64,000 nucleotides of DNA from Podarcis gaigeae (lineage: Eukaryota), in assembly GCA_964106915.2 (NCBI GenBank), contig OZ066919.1. The stretch is one strand, 5' to 3'. Below the pieces are notes generated by a model. That model did no database searches. It was given only the letters and a program-made list of their open reading frames with translations, and was not told the origin of the DNA. Of the stretch, positions 1-14,532 are shown one piece after another (position 1 is the stretch's first letter; each line of letters opens with the position of its first letter). Both the position numbers and the translations under genes were made by a program.

Positions 1-1078
1 TATCTTCACATTTCACATCATGTATTCTGCTCTTGCATAAAAGGACAAGTTACCACAGAGAGTTACCCTTTGCCCACTGGAAGCCTTGTTGAGCCATCGT
101 TCTGAGTGCTGAGATTTCATCACCCATTCCCTAGCCACTTTCAAGCATTTATATAGTGTCATAAAGGCTGGCAACTTGCTTTAAAAAGAAGAAGAAGCTG
201 GCAGTTGCAGGAAGCTGAATTCTATGTCCAGTAATGCAGTTATTTCTGCACTTGTGAGGAATCTCAAAATACACAATAGTTTCAGTTGCAATAGTTAGGA
301 CAGAACCGACAGCCATCAGCATTATTGCAAAAGGGAAAGGAAGAGGAAAAAAAGACCAGAAGTTTTCTGCTCAGCCTGAGACTTGGTTCCCATGATCTTA
401 TCTGTTGTGCATGAAACCTGGGTCCTTCCCATTGCTGTTGACATTTCCTGAATGTTTCTTCCAAAGCTACCAACCAAAAATTCAAGTAGATTCGTGATTT
501 ATTTGCTGGAAGGACAACTCAAGTTGTACTATTGGGCTGTCTGTAATATTCTTCCAGCTGCGTGAACTGAAATCTCAGCTTGATCTTGCACCTGTTGGCC
601 GGGGACAGATGTCAGCGGTTCTCTGACACAAGACAGATCTCTTCAACTTGTGCAAGGGGTATTCAGTAGTGTGGGAAGTTCTAGTAGCACAAGGATTGAT
701 GTACGGCTGGAGTCAAAGGCTAGACTATTATTTTAAGACCTGGCTTCCTTTCCTTCACTTTACTGACAAACAGAACTCACCCAGGAGATCAGCCAAGCTT
801 CCCTTGTTTTTAGTCACCAAACTGTTTCTGACCTTTTATTTTCCTCCTTCCTTTGCTTTCAGAGAAAAAGGCTGAAAGTCATTTTCTTTCAACCCCTTTT
901 TTGGTTTTGACTAGTGCTGCTTGAGCCAGATCAAAATCAATCCATTTTAAAGTACCAAGCCGTAAAATACAAATCCCGTCTTAATATATTTGTTTGCAAA
1001 GTGCCAAACTGTACAAATCAGTAGCTTTCACTATGAAAAATTGATTGTCAACTTTTCTAACAGCAGGTAAATTAGGCA

Positions 1079-1081
<3 letters not shown>

Positions 1082-1114
<33 letters not shown>
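1082..1114. repeat. (CT)n microsatellite
   Basis: Direct reading. Confidence 0.95.
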
Positions 1115-1118
<4 letters not shown>

Positions 1119-1747
1119 TACTTTAAAAAGAAGGCTGTAATTGTAGACACACTTACTTGGGAGTTACTTGTGATAGCAAATATGCATAGAATTGTGCTAG
1201 GCTGCCCAGCATGAGCAATTAACTCATTAAAATCAATGAAACTTGAAAAGTGCTTAATTTGGGCTGGATGAAGCCCTTTTGTTTTACTGTAATTTATAGC
1301 AAGAAGCATTATTTTCTTACAAAGGTTTATGATAACTTACCTAGGAATACATTCCATTGAACTTGGTGGGGCTTACGTCTGAGTAGGTATGTTTAGGATT
1401 TTTAATGTCCCCACCATGGTGGGTTATATTTTGTTAATTAGATTTGTTACATTGTTTTTGGATTCTTGTAAGGCACCCTGCGAGTTGCCAGAATGCAGGG
1501 AGGGGTTATAGCAGTATCCAAGATAATTAAAATAAGCCTTTAGCCTTTACTGTCTGAAATTACTTCTGGTTCCGATTACTGAAAGTTCTGCAAAATTATT
1601 ATGAGTTTGAACTAAAAATACATCTAGCCCACAACCTCTTTGTTCAAATGCAGTGCTGCCTGATTCCTTAGCTATGGTTGCCACAAACTTTGTAAATTAA
1701 TTCTGATTTTGTAATTAACACACATCCTTCTCCTTCTTCTGCCCCAG

Positions 1748-1857
1748 GTGCAACAACAGAACACAGTGTATAGTAGTTACCGGGTCAGATGTGTTTCCTG
1801 ATCCTTGTCCTGGAACATACAAATACCTCGAAGTACAATATGAATGTGTCCCTTACA
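1748..1857 (+). CDS. ADGRL2: ADGRL2 exon, C-terminal half of rhamnose-binding-like lectin domain ([36 protein letters not shown])
   Basis: ccccag|G acceptor, A|gtaagt donor, 110 nt; missed by the ORF track. Confidence 0.96.
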
Positions 1858-2419
1858 GTAAGTATACGCTTTTTTTTGTTGCTGTTCTTGTTCACTTCCT
1901 CTAGCCTTCACAATTGATGCTGTGGCAGTCCAAGATGCACAAAAAGAGCATAGGTTTCGGGCCTGAGAACTATTATGCATGCAGAGCACTTTCAAACTAG
2001 GCCTTCCAATTAGCTTCAGCAAAGTGTGGAAAGGAGCCATCGTGTGATGCTGGCCAAGTGGCTGTCTGTGTTCTTAAGTGTTTGGCTTTTAAGGGTACTA
2101 GGGTTTTATTCCGCCCCTCCCTCCCTCCCACAAAAACAAACTTGAATTAGCTATTCAAAAGACTAGATAGAAATTTGTACTTTTGCCCAATACCGGTTCC
2201 TGACAAATTGGCTTGGTTTGCAGTTTTCTAAAGAAACCACTGACTCCAATTTTAATCTTCCAACAGTTTGAAACAGCTACCTGCTGTGGTAACAGTGGTT
2301 CACAGCCATACAGTACCGTGGAAATATCCAGGAGTTATTTCCCCAGTTACTTGATACAGCAATGTTTGCTTTTATTTCATGTTTATTTTCAGTTTGAAGA
2401 TCATTGTTGTTGTTGTTGT

Positions 2420-2695
2420 TGTTTATATTTGTAAGAAGTCCTTCATCCGAAGATCACAGAGCAGTTCACAACATAAAAATACAAAACCAGAGCACAAAAG
2501 ACATAATAAAACAAAAGCAAACCAATAAACCCACTCCCACAAAAAGTAATTAGCCAAGGGCCTGGTTTGGGGGGGGGGGCATTTTCACCTGGTGCCTAAA
2601 GAAATGCAATAAGTCCTTGAGGAGAGCACTCCACAAACTGGGAACCTGCTCTCATGTTGCCACCCTCCGGACCTCTTGTGAAGGAGGCGCACAAA
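2420..2695 (-). mobile_element. L2-like LINE 3' fragment
   Basis: cttcatccgaagatcacagagcagttcacaacataaaaatac, an A-rich run, then ggagagcactccacaaactggg; resembles squamate L2 3' ends as I recall them. Confidence 0.6.
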
Positions 2696-5600
2696 AAACT
2701 TTTGCAACTAATGAATACTCCCTTAAAATTACACATTCATTCTTTTTTAATGTACAGAATCTCATTGTTTGATTCTTAAAATAATAATAATCAAGTGATC
2801 CTCTAATCAGCGGGTAAGCAGTATCTACTCCCACCCCAAAATAACCCCATCATCCATAGTAACAACCTATCCATGATGAGTCTCCATTCATCAGCAGAGC
2901 ATAACATCTTTGGGAGACCAGTCGACAAGCCTTGAAATGCCTGCCGTGGATCTAAAGAGCTGATTCATCCAGTTTCTGAAAAGCTTTTGTTTTCTCCTCC
3001 ATAATGCCGTCGTTCAAAATAAAGTCAACCTTGGTCTCATATTTTCCATTAGAGGAAGTCTATTGCTTCTAACAGTAAACTTCAGCAATGCATTGATTGT
3101 GCCTCCATTTGTTATAAATGTGATGTTAGTGTTTTTTAATATCTTCAAACTTAAAATATTAAAAATAATTGTAGCATTATTTTTGGTGTAGGGAACATAC
3201 ACATAGCAGGAAATGAACGGTATAGGATTAGTAGCATTTGCGCACTAAAAAAATATGACGGAATCAGCTGTGTCAGAAATAGGCAGCATCAACTCCCCCC
3301 CCATCAATGCACTTAACACTGTATGTATATGTATACAGCAGTTTGCATCTGGATAGTACTCAATACTGAGTCACAGTATTGATCTTTCTGCACATCAGTT
3401 AAAGGCTGAACATAGATCATCTTTTCTTTCCATTCTTGCTATGTATTCCTGTGCCATTGTGAAGCAGATGCTTGTTGTGGCTTTCTTTTTTGTGTGCCAT
3501 GGGTAGGAATTGGAATCCTACTGTGTCTGCTGAGCTTTAGTGCCCTGTTCTCATGTGTCTATCATTGGTGGCTCATTGAAACCATCCTTCTTGTGGCACT
3601 TTGAGGAAGAGTGTATTGTCCCTACCTAACAAAAACAGCTTTGTTTCATAAAGTCACCTTTACATTAAGATCACTATTTCTATTCCTAAATTCCCATAAA
3701 GAAGCAGTGAATCCAATTCCAAGCTATTCAAAAGCCACAATGTTTCTGTTTCGTTGGGTCGTGTAGGACAAGACAGTAGTTAAAATAAATAAATGCAAAT
3801 GTTATTTTCAGATTTCAGATCATTTTTTTCATGCTGTTTTAGGGAGACAAGTGTGGATATGCCCTGCTGGTTTGGGTTTTCCTATCTACAGAGAAAAAAA
3901 TGTTTCTTTTGCAGTTAACAGAAGGATGCTCTGCACAGCACTGCCTAGGCAGAACTCTTTTAACATGTAGTAATTTTACTCCTTTAAAAATAGCTGTATT
4001 TCAATATGTATATTGCTTACTGCTCATTTCATTACAAAGCTATTTTCAGTTGCTCTGTGCAGAAGTGAAATGAATCAAGAGTCTTTTCTGATTCATGAAT
4101 CAAATTCAGAGCTTAATTTGAAGAAGCATATTTTGAATTTGATTTAATATGAAAATTTGTTGATAATTGCATTTTCTTGTTCTGGCTTACTATTTACAAG
4201 TCCCTTAGAAAAAGGAAAGGTAACATGATCGTGCTTACTTTTTAATATATAATACTTTATTTAAAGAAGAAAATAAATTTTGGCCACAGTCCTGCACCCC
4301 AAAAATAACAAGAAAAACCTGTGAGTCGAGATTTATCTATCAGGCATGTTACAGACTTCCTCCAATGCAAGCTTTGGGCCAAACTAGATGTTATGTTTTT
4401 TGTATCTTTAGTCTCTGTATGGCTATTTTCTTTCCTGGAAATAAATATCTGACATGGGATGTCTGAGCCAGATCAGGGCTGTGGCATCGGGGCGGGAGGA
4501 GGAAGAGTTAGTTTTCATCCCACTATGGTCTTGCTCCAAATCAGGGGTGGGGTGTATACTATCTGTTTCATTCCCTAATGGTGACAAAAGTCCCTGTCAC
4601 AGCACACCCAACCCACCTCTGGGACCCCTGTGCCAGCTAGCTAGCTGTTTATTTCTTTATTTTAAAAACCAGCCACACATGAGCTTCCAACATGAATAAT
4701 GTCATGTTTAGTTTGACCCTCTGTCTTTAAGAAGACGTATACCAAATCCCTCTCCTTGCACTACTGTGTAACTGGACAGCTTGACGAAACCTGCACCCAT
4801 CTTCTCTTTCAAACGTATACGCATAAGCACACACAAACACATGCATACACATAAATTATTTCTGTGGTGTCTGTTCAAAATTCTTCACAGACACATCTAC
4901 ACAGAGGAAGAAATAGTGAATATTGGAACATGCACTGAGTATTTAGCTTGTAGATTCCAAATTAATGATCAGCATACTTCAAATTTAAGTTCATGACTGT
5001 CCAGGTTGAGAACAGCTACATGTGAGTGTTCGGTCTTTTCATGTGAAAGCAGACAAGCAAAAGAAGTGAGTATACTTTTAAACTGTTCCAGCTCTGACAC
5101 GTCATCTCTGCGCAGTTTAGAGCCCACAAAAGGTTACGAAAAACATGGTTTATTAGGGGTTTCACAATATTACCATAGGGCAGCACAGTCCCTTAGCTTC
5201 CCTCCCCCCTCTGAATTAATGCTCATTTTCAGCTACAGTATTTTCACTTCTGATATTCAGTTGTTTAGCATTGTACACAGTGCTCAGGTTTGCATGCTCA
5301 GATAAGGGTTAGGATAAATGAGTTTCAATGCTTTGCTAGTAGTCCTAGATTAACACCCATTAAGGACGTTTCCATCCCTGTGTTGTGCATCTCACTGCTT
5401 CTAGTCATGGGGGTTAACGTGGTGAAGATCTCAAAATGTGTTTTCCGAATCTATTGGAAACTTAGCCTTTCATGCAGTGCATGAAAACCCATGAGTTTTC
5501 TCATGGGTGGCTAGTTGCAGGAGGTCTTGCATCCAGTTTTCCACATATGATGTCCTTTCCAACACTGAAGGATTATTCACTTTGCTGCCAAAGTAGAACC

Positions 5601-8600
5601 ATCATTCCTTTCCTTTTGGTAACCCCCACCTGGCAGGTGTGGAGCCATTTGTGTTGGCATCTCCTATCAACAGGGATTGGTCCATAACTCTGTACTTCCT
5701 TTCAGAAGCGTTGGATTACTGGGCAGCTATTTATACCTCCAGCAGTAATCTGTGGATGTGATGCCCCTGTGCTTAAGGCATGTTGGTGCCCATTAGGCCC
5801 AGAAGAAGATTTTCTGTTGAATGAACCTCAGTCTAATGTTGTGGTTTAGCTGGTTGGATACTAAGTAAGGCTTTCCTCCACAGTGTAGATGTTAGACATG
5901 CTTCTACCTCTTTGTCCTGCTTTTGCCTCAGCCTTACAGAATTTAGATCCTGGTTCAGTATGTTACATGCTGATGTGCCTAGGCACTTGCTGAGCCTCCT
6001 TGAGAAGGAAAAGCTACATGCTTCTTGCAGGAGATCCAGGGTTTCTGCTGCACTCAGAGCATCTGTGCAATCCCCACTCAGTGTTGTGAAGGGCTCTAAA
6101 CTGTGCAGAGATGACACACCAGAAGGGGCTTTGCACTGGGCCTCCACTCTCCTAATGGTCTTGTTTAAATGCAAGGAGATTGAACACCAGAATGGGGCTA
6201 ATAATAGTGATGCCAGTATTATCTACACATTTGTCATGTAAATTTCCTCTTATTTCTGGTGTCATTCAGAATGTTCAGATGAGCTTTATTTACTTATTTC
6301 AATCTCCCCGCTTTTCTGTAACTACCTGCTTTTAAATCTCTCTCTTTTTTCTTTTGAACTTTTGTTTTAAAAATCTGCCTTCTCTGTGGTCTTCTTCTTT
6401 TAAGGTTGACATTCCCTTTGTAACGAGACTGAAGTTTTCTGTATCTACATGAAGTGGTTTGCAGCAGTCCCTATTGAGCTGCAACAAGTGTCTGAATTAC
6501 TGGAATATCTGAAACCCTAATGTCACTTTTGCTACAACCCTGTCAGCGCTGCTTCTGAAATTGTCATTGTGCGCCCTGTATACTTGCATCAAAGCACTGA
6601 ATTGCACTGCTCTGTTCCGCTGTGCTTGAGTTAATGCACTTACATCCATCATGTGTTTCAGGTTCAAGGCCAAGGAGAGACGAGACCATCCTTGTCTAGC
6701 AATACACATCTTCTGCGCTCCTTTTCTGCTAATAGAGCTCTGATACACTGCACTGTCAATTACTTTTATTTTGAGCATGATTAGTGAGCATGAAGGGACT
6801 GACTGCGCAGTTTCTAGTCTGTAGCCCTCGGTTTTTGTTTTGCTTTTGTTTTTTGGCTAACCCACACTTGACCTTTGGTGGGCAAACATTTTTTTTTCTT
6901 TAGACTCAACTCCCTCTTCCGCCCATACAGCATTTCATTTTCCCTGTCACTTCCATCTAAGGGATCCATGAGTGATGAGTAGATCTGGGTTTCTCCTTGT
7001 TTGTTTCCCTACAGTGCCATCTTAAGCCATGGTATGCAAAACATTTGTGTTAAGAAGGATGCATGTGAACCAGCATCCCAAAAACCAAAGTTGTGTAAGG
7101 AACCTAAATTGTGAGGAAAGGTTCCTTGGTTGCATACTTTGAAGCACTGCCACCCCCCCAAAAAAGAGCATGGAGATCTCGGGGAGCCATAGCATTCATT
7201 TTGTTTATTTACTTGTGATTTATGTCCTGCCATGTAGCCTAGAATGCACAGTGATTGTATATAAAAGCAAGAGAATAATGATTTTTCTCCTTATAAATCC
7301 TTGGAGCCCAGTACAGATTATGAATGCAGATTATGAATAGTCTTTTGTGATGGCGAAATTAGAGGGGGAAAGTTAAGGAAATGGAAGGAAAATTCCAAGA
7401 TTGGAAGAAAAGTGAACTAGGCAGAGTGCCAAAGCTGGCTCCTTGTAGTAAATTCATGCTCTCCGTGTTACATTTAGTGTACAACATATAAACAGTATAA
7501 ACAAACATCAGTATAAAAACCTCAACTATAATAACAGTGTCAATGAATACAGGGTATAGGGTCCAGAGTTAATGGTCGGGAAAAGCAAAAACAGTATGTA
7601 TTAAAGGGGCATGTGAAGTATATAGCACAGGGAAGGGCTTTCAGAAGAGAAGGTGCAATGACAGAAAATGCCTGTTTATGGGCCACTGCCATAATTTTCT
7701 GTATACCTATATGTTTTTAATAGTAACCTAGGGAAGTAGCCTCAAAACAAAGTAAGGGATATATATATATATATAGGCGTGCCTGTCGCACTTACAATAG
7801 TGTTGCCTGTGGAAAGCATCTAAGTGGGAAGCGGGCACATGCATTCCCAGATAGTCAATATACCTGCCGTAAGAAGCCACTTGGAGAAATTGCCTTTTGC
7901 CATCACACTTTACAACAAGAGTGGGGAAACAGGAGATGAGGTTGGGTTCCCACCTGCCATCATCTTTGATTGTCTCCGAATGGGGACTGATGGAGGCTGT
8001 CAGACCCAGATTTACCATTTAGCATTTCTCCAGAGGCAGCAGCAGTATAAATGTAGAAAACATACCAGTCACTACAGAGTGTGATCAATCCCAAGACATG
8101 TTCAGCAGACCAGCTTCAGGCCAATCTTCCAGATTTACCAGGCTGCAGTTCTCTACCATATTACTTGGGAGTAGGCCCAGTAGGATTTAGATCTGAGTTG
8201 AAATGCATTGGATCACACTCTCGGTCTTTTGGGCCTAGTAGCACCAATGCACAACTGCAGTCACCCTTCTTCCTGCTTTTCCTTTACCACTTCTGGCCTT
8301 TTCGGTTCTCTGTTACCGTCACTTATCAGGACAGAACACGGCATCTGTCTCGGAGAGTTCACCCATCTGATTAAAAACTGTGGTGACTTTTCAAGTACTT
8401 CCATTGTCACAGTGCACAATTCCTGTCACCACTTAAAAATCCAAAACTCCAATTTGGATGATCGAGTAACACCATGCCCTACTAGAGACTTGTTCAGGCA
8501 AATGTTGACTATGGTAGCTGACCATTCCAGTGTTCACACATATTGCCATTATTTTTTGGATGTGGCATTCCTTCCTAAAATGATTGAAACAAATATCAAC

Positions 8601-11600
8601 AAAACTTGTTCTGCAATCTCATTGCAACTCCATCTATTCACTGGAACCTGGAATGGTGCTGTAATTGGATTCTTTGGTAAATGATTAGAGCTATGTATCA
8701 CACAGGATACGAAACCCTCGCATCATTTGTTATCTTCTTGCTTCTTTATGGACTGCATTTAGATATGTATTACTGTTGCAAGGATTCTTCTCAAATGATT
8801 AAGTGTCTTGGGTTCTAATAGCTCTCTATTTGTTTCGGTTTTTTTCAAAAATCCCGTCTACTGCCAATGGTTCCTGCTCCCCCAAAAAAACCTTTTCAAC
8901 AAGAAAGCTGCTGTAGATGAATTGCTACTAATATGAGAATTCTAAATCAAGCTAAAAATGCATTGCTTTTTCCTTGAATAAGAGTGTTATTGATTAAATT
9001 ACAGAGGAATTGAGAGAACCCCACTTGACATTTCTCTCAATTATACTGCACAATATATGTTGATACTTCAAATAACCCAAGTCAGTCCTTTTAGGATTAA
9101 TAAGCACATCAGAAGCACCACTTCCTACATCTGTGCATGATATTTTATTTTAAGCCTTGCTTGGACCCAGGAATTCAGTGGAAAATATTCAAGTGTTCCA
9201 TTCGTTAGCTGCACTGATTGAACTTGCAGTTTTTGTTTACTTTAGCAAACCCATCTGTCCCTGAAAATGTGCAGTTGTACAACTGTGCACTCACAGCCGA
9301 CATATCACTAATAATTATGTTATCCTTGTCTTTATGCCACTGTTTTACTACTATTCATCCTAAGCAGGTGCAATCTTCCTCTTATTGGTGGATTATGATG
9401 TGACACAATGCAACATGATTGTTTCATGTACCAGTCATGTCTTTGGCTTGAAAATGTTTCGTGGATAATGCCGTTGTTAAAAAGTATATTTATTATAAAA
9501 TATTGCGTACGTTAGCTTGCAATTGAGACATGCTACATAAAGAATGGCATGGCCAGCATTTTCTCCAAGGTGTATGCTTTTCCCCCTTAGAAAAATAATG
9601 CACTTTTTATAGCTAGCCATTATTGGACAAAAGTTAGCTTATACATTCTCATCCCAATGCCGAGTCCTTCATTTACTCTGATAAATGTGCAAGCTTTCCA
9701 ATTCATTTCAATGGAGAAAGCTGCTACGTACGTGCAATCCTATGTGCACAGAAATCAGCTCCATTTATTGCACTGCCTGGACCAGAACAGATTGCTGTAC
9801 TGGAATATCTATCAACAAGTATTTAATATATCCCTGCCTTGGAATTGAGTAAGTTGCATTAGCTAACCAACCCCCCACTCCACGTTTTTCTTTTATTGGG
9901 ATGACGGGGCAAAGATTTGATAGAAATTATGAATATTTGGTAAGATTCGCTTTGTAAACTAGGCTTCTCACTTTTATTCTTTTAATTGCTTACTGTGCTT
10001 TGTTTCTTCCTTCTAGAGTTATGTACTTATTTTTCTTAAGCAGATGTTTCACGTCAAGATTGAAAAGTCATTGCATTTCTCAAGATTAATATCCAGTAGT
10101 ACAAAAGCACCCTCCCCCCAAAAAAGATAACACAAACGGGCCACCTTCCCTTATAAGAAAGAAGGGCAGGGCACAATCGAATGGTGGGAATAGGAAATAT
10201 AATATACATATAACACTTTTTTACTATGTTATGAAGCTCCAGGAGACGTTCCGTACTTAAGACAACCTGGTTTTTCAGCACACCTCTCTTCTAAAGCCTG
10301 AAACCTCTGTTTTGCACAGGTTCAAGTTGTTTTGTGTGACTTCTGAACAAAGTATCTATTTTTAAAGTTTATCAATTGATTAAATTTCAGACAGATTTTT
10401 TTAAAAATAAATAAATAAGTTACGCTCCCTCACTTTATTTATTTATTTGCTAGCCATGGTGAATTATGGTGGCTTTTCTCCCTCCCCTCTCCCCTCTCTA
10501 CTCCCCTTCAAAGAGATTCTTTCTTTCTCTTCTTGCTTTCCCATTGCTTTTGGTGCTTTAGCGAATGTCAAGCATTTCAAGAATATTTGCAGGGGTCCCC
10601 CTTTTACTGGTTTGATGAAAATTCATTTGGTATTTCTAAAGCTATGAGATCTCAGAAGTTTCCATTTCATTCAGTGGAAAGGGGCACAAGTTATATAGTG
10701 CATGCCATATAATGCTTGCTAAACCTCATTGTCTAAAAGTGACATACACAGGATGGAGAGGTGGATGGGGGTGGGATGGGGAGAGAGACGGAGGGACCGA
10801 CGAACGAACGAGGAAGCTTGCCATCCAATACTGTCTCCCTTCAACCAGGGTGCAACAGAGACTTAGATCTTAAGTATCCCCATTCCATTTGTGGAAGTAA
10901 CTGTAGTCCATCAGATATTCCCAGCACATCAGAGGTGGAACAGTACTTTTTTGCCCATGTGCCCTTGTTCCTGCAGCCCCATGCGCCACACCTCATTCTG
11001 CAGTGCAGCAGATTTTCAACGGGCAAAGGTGGTGCAGGTTAAAGGGGAAATCAGTTCGGGATAATCCTGTGAATGGAACTCAACCCTTTGGGACTCTCCC
11101 GTTAGCAGAAGCTTAGTTGGCAGCTATAAAACTGCTTATTTTCTGCTCCTCCAATCAGCTTTCCTGTTCTGTCAGGGAGATGGGAGAAAGCCTTTCCTTG
11201 AATGAAAGGGGAAAGCAACTTATTCTCTCCTGCGGTGTGAGCTGGCTGCATAACTCTGAGCAAAGAAGGCTATATTTCCACTCTCTGCCAGGTTGAGTCT
11301 TCTCATCCTACATGAAGAGGGGAACCTCTTCTCTGAAGGTGTGGAACCAGCTATTTGACTCAGGAGAGAGAGGAGGAAAAAAGCACTTTCTCATTTAGCT
11401 AGGGAAATCGCATACCGTAACCTCCCTGAAGGTTGCTTCCTTTAATTTGGCAACAGCCATTTCAAAAAGAGGCAGCCTGCAGATTCTGGAAAAGTGATCT
11501 TGCCTCCTGCATGGTGAGGCAGAGGAGGATCAGGCTGCTCGTGGAAGTTTATGTGAGCAGGGGAGAAATCAGTAGTGCCATAGAAATAAGTAATAGAAGG

Positions 11601-12496
11601 TGTCATAGCTCAGTGGTGGAGCAGATCTGAGTGAAAGAGTGAATCTGTGTCTGTGAGGGGTAGGTGATGGTTGTATTTGAACCTCACGTCCAACTTCAGT
11701 GTTCCTTACCTGCAAAACGAAAATGTCTTGCAGGATGTCTTCTAAACGCTTGTCTGCTCTGCATGCACTCTGTTCTTCTTTGTGCTTGAGACACAGTTTG
11801 ATGTTGACCTGCTGAGGTCTGATATAATGTGTGAATGGGCTTGCATGTGGCAAGGGACCTGCTGCTGCTGCACTTCTTACAACCAAGCAGGAAAGCACAA
11901 GAAAGGAGTCCTAAACTGAGCCTCTGTACAGATGTCCATTGTGCAAAATTTCACACATACATACAAAAATCATCTAATTTAGTTGCTTTCTTTACTTTCC
12001 TTTTTAAAAGGAACCTCTAAAAACAAGAAATGGTTGGTTTAGCAGAAGAGTAAAAGCTGACAAATTACTCTTGGTCTGCAAAAGCATGGAAAACGTAAGA
12101 GTTTCGCTTTAATTTCTGCACCATGTAAACAAAATGAGAGGTATGGTACAGCCTACGATATTAGACTGTGTTGAATTCACGCCCCTGTTCAAAGGCTTTG
12201 GGTCCAATGGGATGTGTCCACTAGAGGAGGAGTGTAGCGATTTTTGACAATTTCTCTCTCTAGCAGCAGCCCTGAAAATATTTTTGGGGTGATCCCCTAG
12301 AACGGGGAGCTGCAGGGGCAAAATCAACAAAACACCACCCTCCTTGGTTAGCAAATACCATAACACAAGGGGGACTGATTTGATTCCACCCAGTTGGGAT
12401 TGCTTACAGGTTCTGCAGCCAGGCTGAAAGATGAAGGGTGTGTACAGAGAGATAAGACTAGGGGCAGTCTTGTAAGGATTTGGGCATTAAACTATA

Positions 12497-12587
12497 GATA
12501 GCTCAGTTGGTAGAGCATGAGCCCTTTAATCGGTTCAAGCCCCACATTGGGCAAAACTATTTCAACTCTACGATTACATGATTCTAT
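12497..12587 (+). mobile_element. tRNA-Lys(CTT)-derived SINE, internally deleted, with CR1-like tail
   Basis: TAGCTCAGTTGGTAGAGCATGAG (A box) ... GGTTCAAGCCCCACATTGGGC (B box); variable-loop region deleted; tail caactctacgattacatgattcta. Confidence 0.78.
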
Positions 12588-13353
12588 AATAATGTTCAAA
12601 CTTTGCTGGTTTTACATTTGGTTCAATATGAGCAGAGCTCGAAACCTTTCAAGAGCAAATATTTTATGAGCACTACCTCCCACATCTGTGTTGCCGCCAA
12701 CTTGCAGAGGAAGAGAGAGAATTAAGCCTGAATGTTAAGGTGAACTGTGTGTGCAATTTGTAAGCAATCTATGAGATTGTACATCTTTACTGCTTACATG
12801 GTGAGAAAGTTAACACATCAACCTTAACTTGTGATTTCTATGATTTTTAGAGCACGGGTGACTTGTTGAAGCCTTCACTCTTCTTAAACCAAAGGGTTTT
12901 TCTTATTTAAAAAATGTATATATAGTGACATACATAATACATCTATATGTGCATATCATATTAATAGAAGGTGTTTTTTTAAAAAAAAGATAAAGTTGAC
13001 AGGATTTTGCTTGGGGCTTTGAAAAGGGAAGGATAGGTATTTCATGCATTAGTCAAGTCTTTCATTATTTATTCAGGTTGACTAAGTGAAACTACATACG
13101 AGCATTTTCAGGACTGCCTCTTTAACCTACTAAAATGATTGATCCATGTTCACTTATGTAACTTTAGAATCTTTCTCCTGCTAGGTTTTCCTGTTGTCTG
13201 TTTCTCTCTATCCAATGTAGTGCACTTCTTATTCTCCCTGTGTTTAACATCTTGTGAACTAATTTAATCTTCGCCTAATAGTCAATTTGTGTTAATCTTC
13301 TTCTTTTTTCCCTTGCACTTTTTTTTTCATTTTTCTTCCGATGCTTGAAATAG

Positions 13354-13368
13354 AAGTGGAGCAAAAAG
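13354..13368 (+). CDS. ADGRL2: ADGRL2 cassette microexon between lectin and OLF domains (KVEQK, 15 nt; or MEQK, 12 nt from 13357)
   Basis: Long U-rich tract, then tag|AAGTGGAGCAAAAAG|gtaaat; phase 1-1; matches the known latrophilin splice site A insert. Confidence 0.93.
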
Positions 13369-13906
13369 GTAAATAACGTATATAGTCCCAAACCCCCACC
13401 CCCAGCTCCTTGTTATGTGCCTTATGGATGTTAACCTCCTCCACCCCTTCCCTTCCCCACAACACTCTGGTAACTATGGTGGTCAGCAGGATCTCATAAG
13501 CGCCCCTCATAAAGAAGTCGACTTTGCAGTAAACTGGCTGGGCTGCTGAACTGACTCGGCTACTTAAAGCAGGTGGCGGGATTTAGTGTCTGGTGTACCT
13601 GCTCCGGGACAGAGGCTCCCTTTTGCTTTCTTCCTCCCTTTCTTTCTCTTTCCCTGTCTTTCTCTCACCCATGACTAAATCTTGTTAATGAACCCTCATC
13701 TTGCTTGGCTTCCAGAACCCACTCCATAGCATGCCATAATTACAGGGGTCCCTGGTCTGTTTCATCCATCGCTTTGGTTGTCCTTTATTTTTTTGTTGCT
13801 CCTAATGAAGATCTGTGTATATATTTTACACACACACACGGGTTACACACACACACACAAACAAACCCCAAAACTAAAAGCGTGTATCTATATATCTATA
13901 TAGATA

Positions 13907-14087
13907 CATTCAAACTTCAGTTCCCGAACGCCTACGTTTTGGAATGTTTCGGCTCCCGAACATCCGACACGAATTCCAGTCTGCAAAAAGCCTAGCTGTC
14001 AGCTAATCAGAGGCCTTGGAATTCAAATGTTTCAGAAGTCGAATGTCCTTCCAAAACGGATTGTGTTCAACTTCCAAGGTTCAACCA
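13907..14087. mobile_element. Probable decayed Tc1/mariner MITE
   Basis: CpG-containing CCCGAAC repeats, degenerate terminal inverted ends, TA-rich flanks. Confidence 0.45.
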
Positions 14088-14532
14088 TATATATAGATAT
14101 AATATGAAGGCACTGTTGTTTTCAACCTCACAGTTTATTAAAGTTTCTACAAGTTTTATGAGTTTAAATCCATTGAAGTGTTGTACACCAGTTGAAAGGT
14201 CTGGAGAATAAATCCTGTCTTCATCATAAATGCAAGCGTAGTTATCTGCTTCCAGATGCATAGATGCGCCATAGATGCGACCTTGGGTGATATTAGCGAA
14301 AACACTTCACATACTGGTTACTATGGTAACTTTAAGAAGCATGGATGACAAAGGGTAATACATGCATTAATTACATATGAGCTACAAAGTATTGTTGCCA
14401 GTTAATTGGATCTTTTCTTCTTTATTGTCACTTGTGATTTCTTTTACCTTGACTTTAATTGGTAGCATGCACATTTTATTTTATTGTTTTAAAAAAATAA
14501 ATCTTGTCTTGCTTCTTCTCTGCGACTGCTAG

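Noticed and set aside
7728-8684. Cluster of ORFs including 158-aa 8208..8684
   Set aside because: Non-ATG starts, no recognisable domain or splice pattern. A blastx search would be needed to fully exclude a decayed retroelement.
12497-12553. Possible tRNA-Lys gene
   Set aside because: The anticodon arm is altered, about 11 nt are deleted, and a LINE-like tail follows, so it is a SINE copy.
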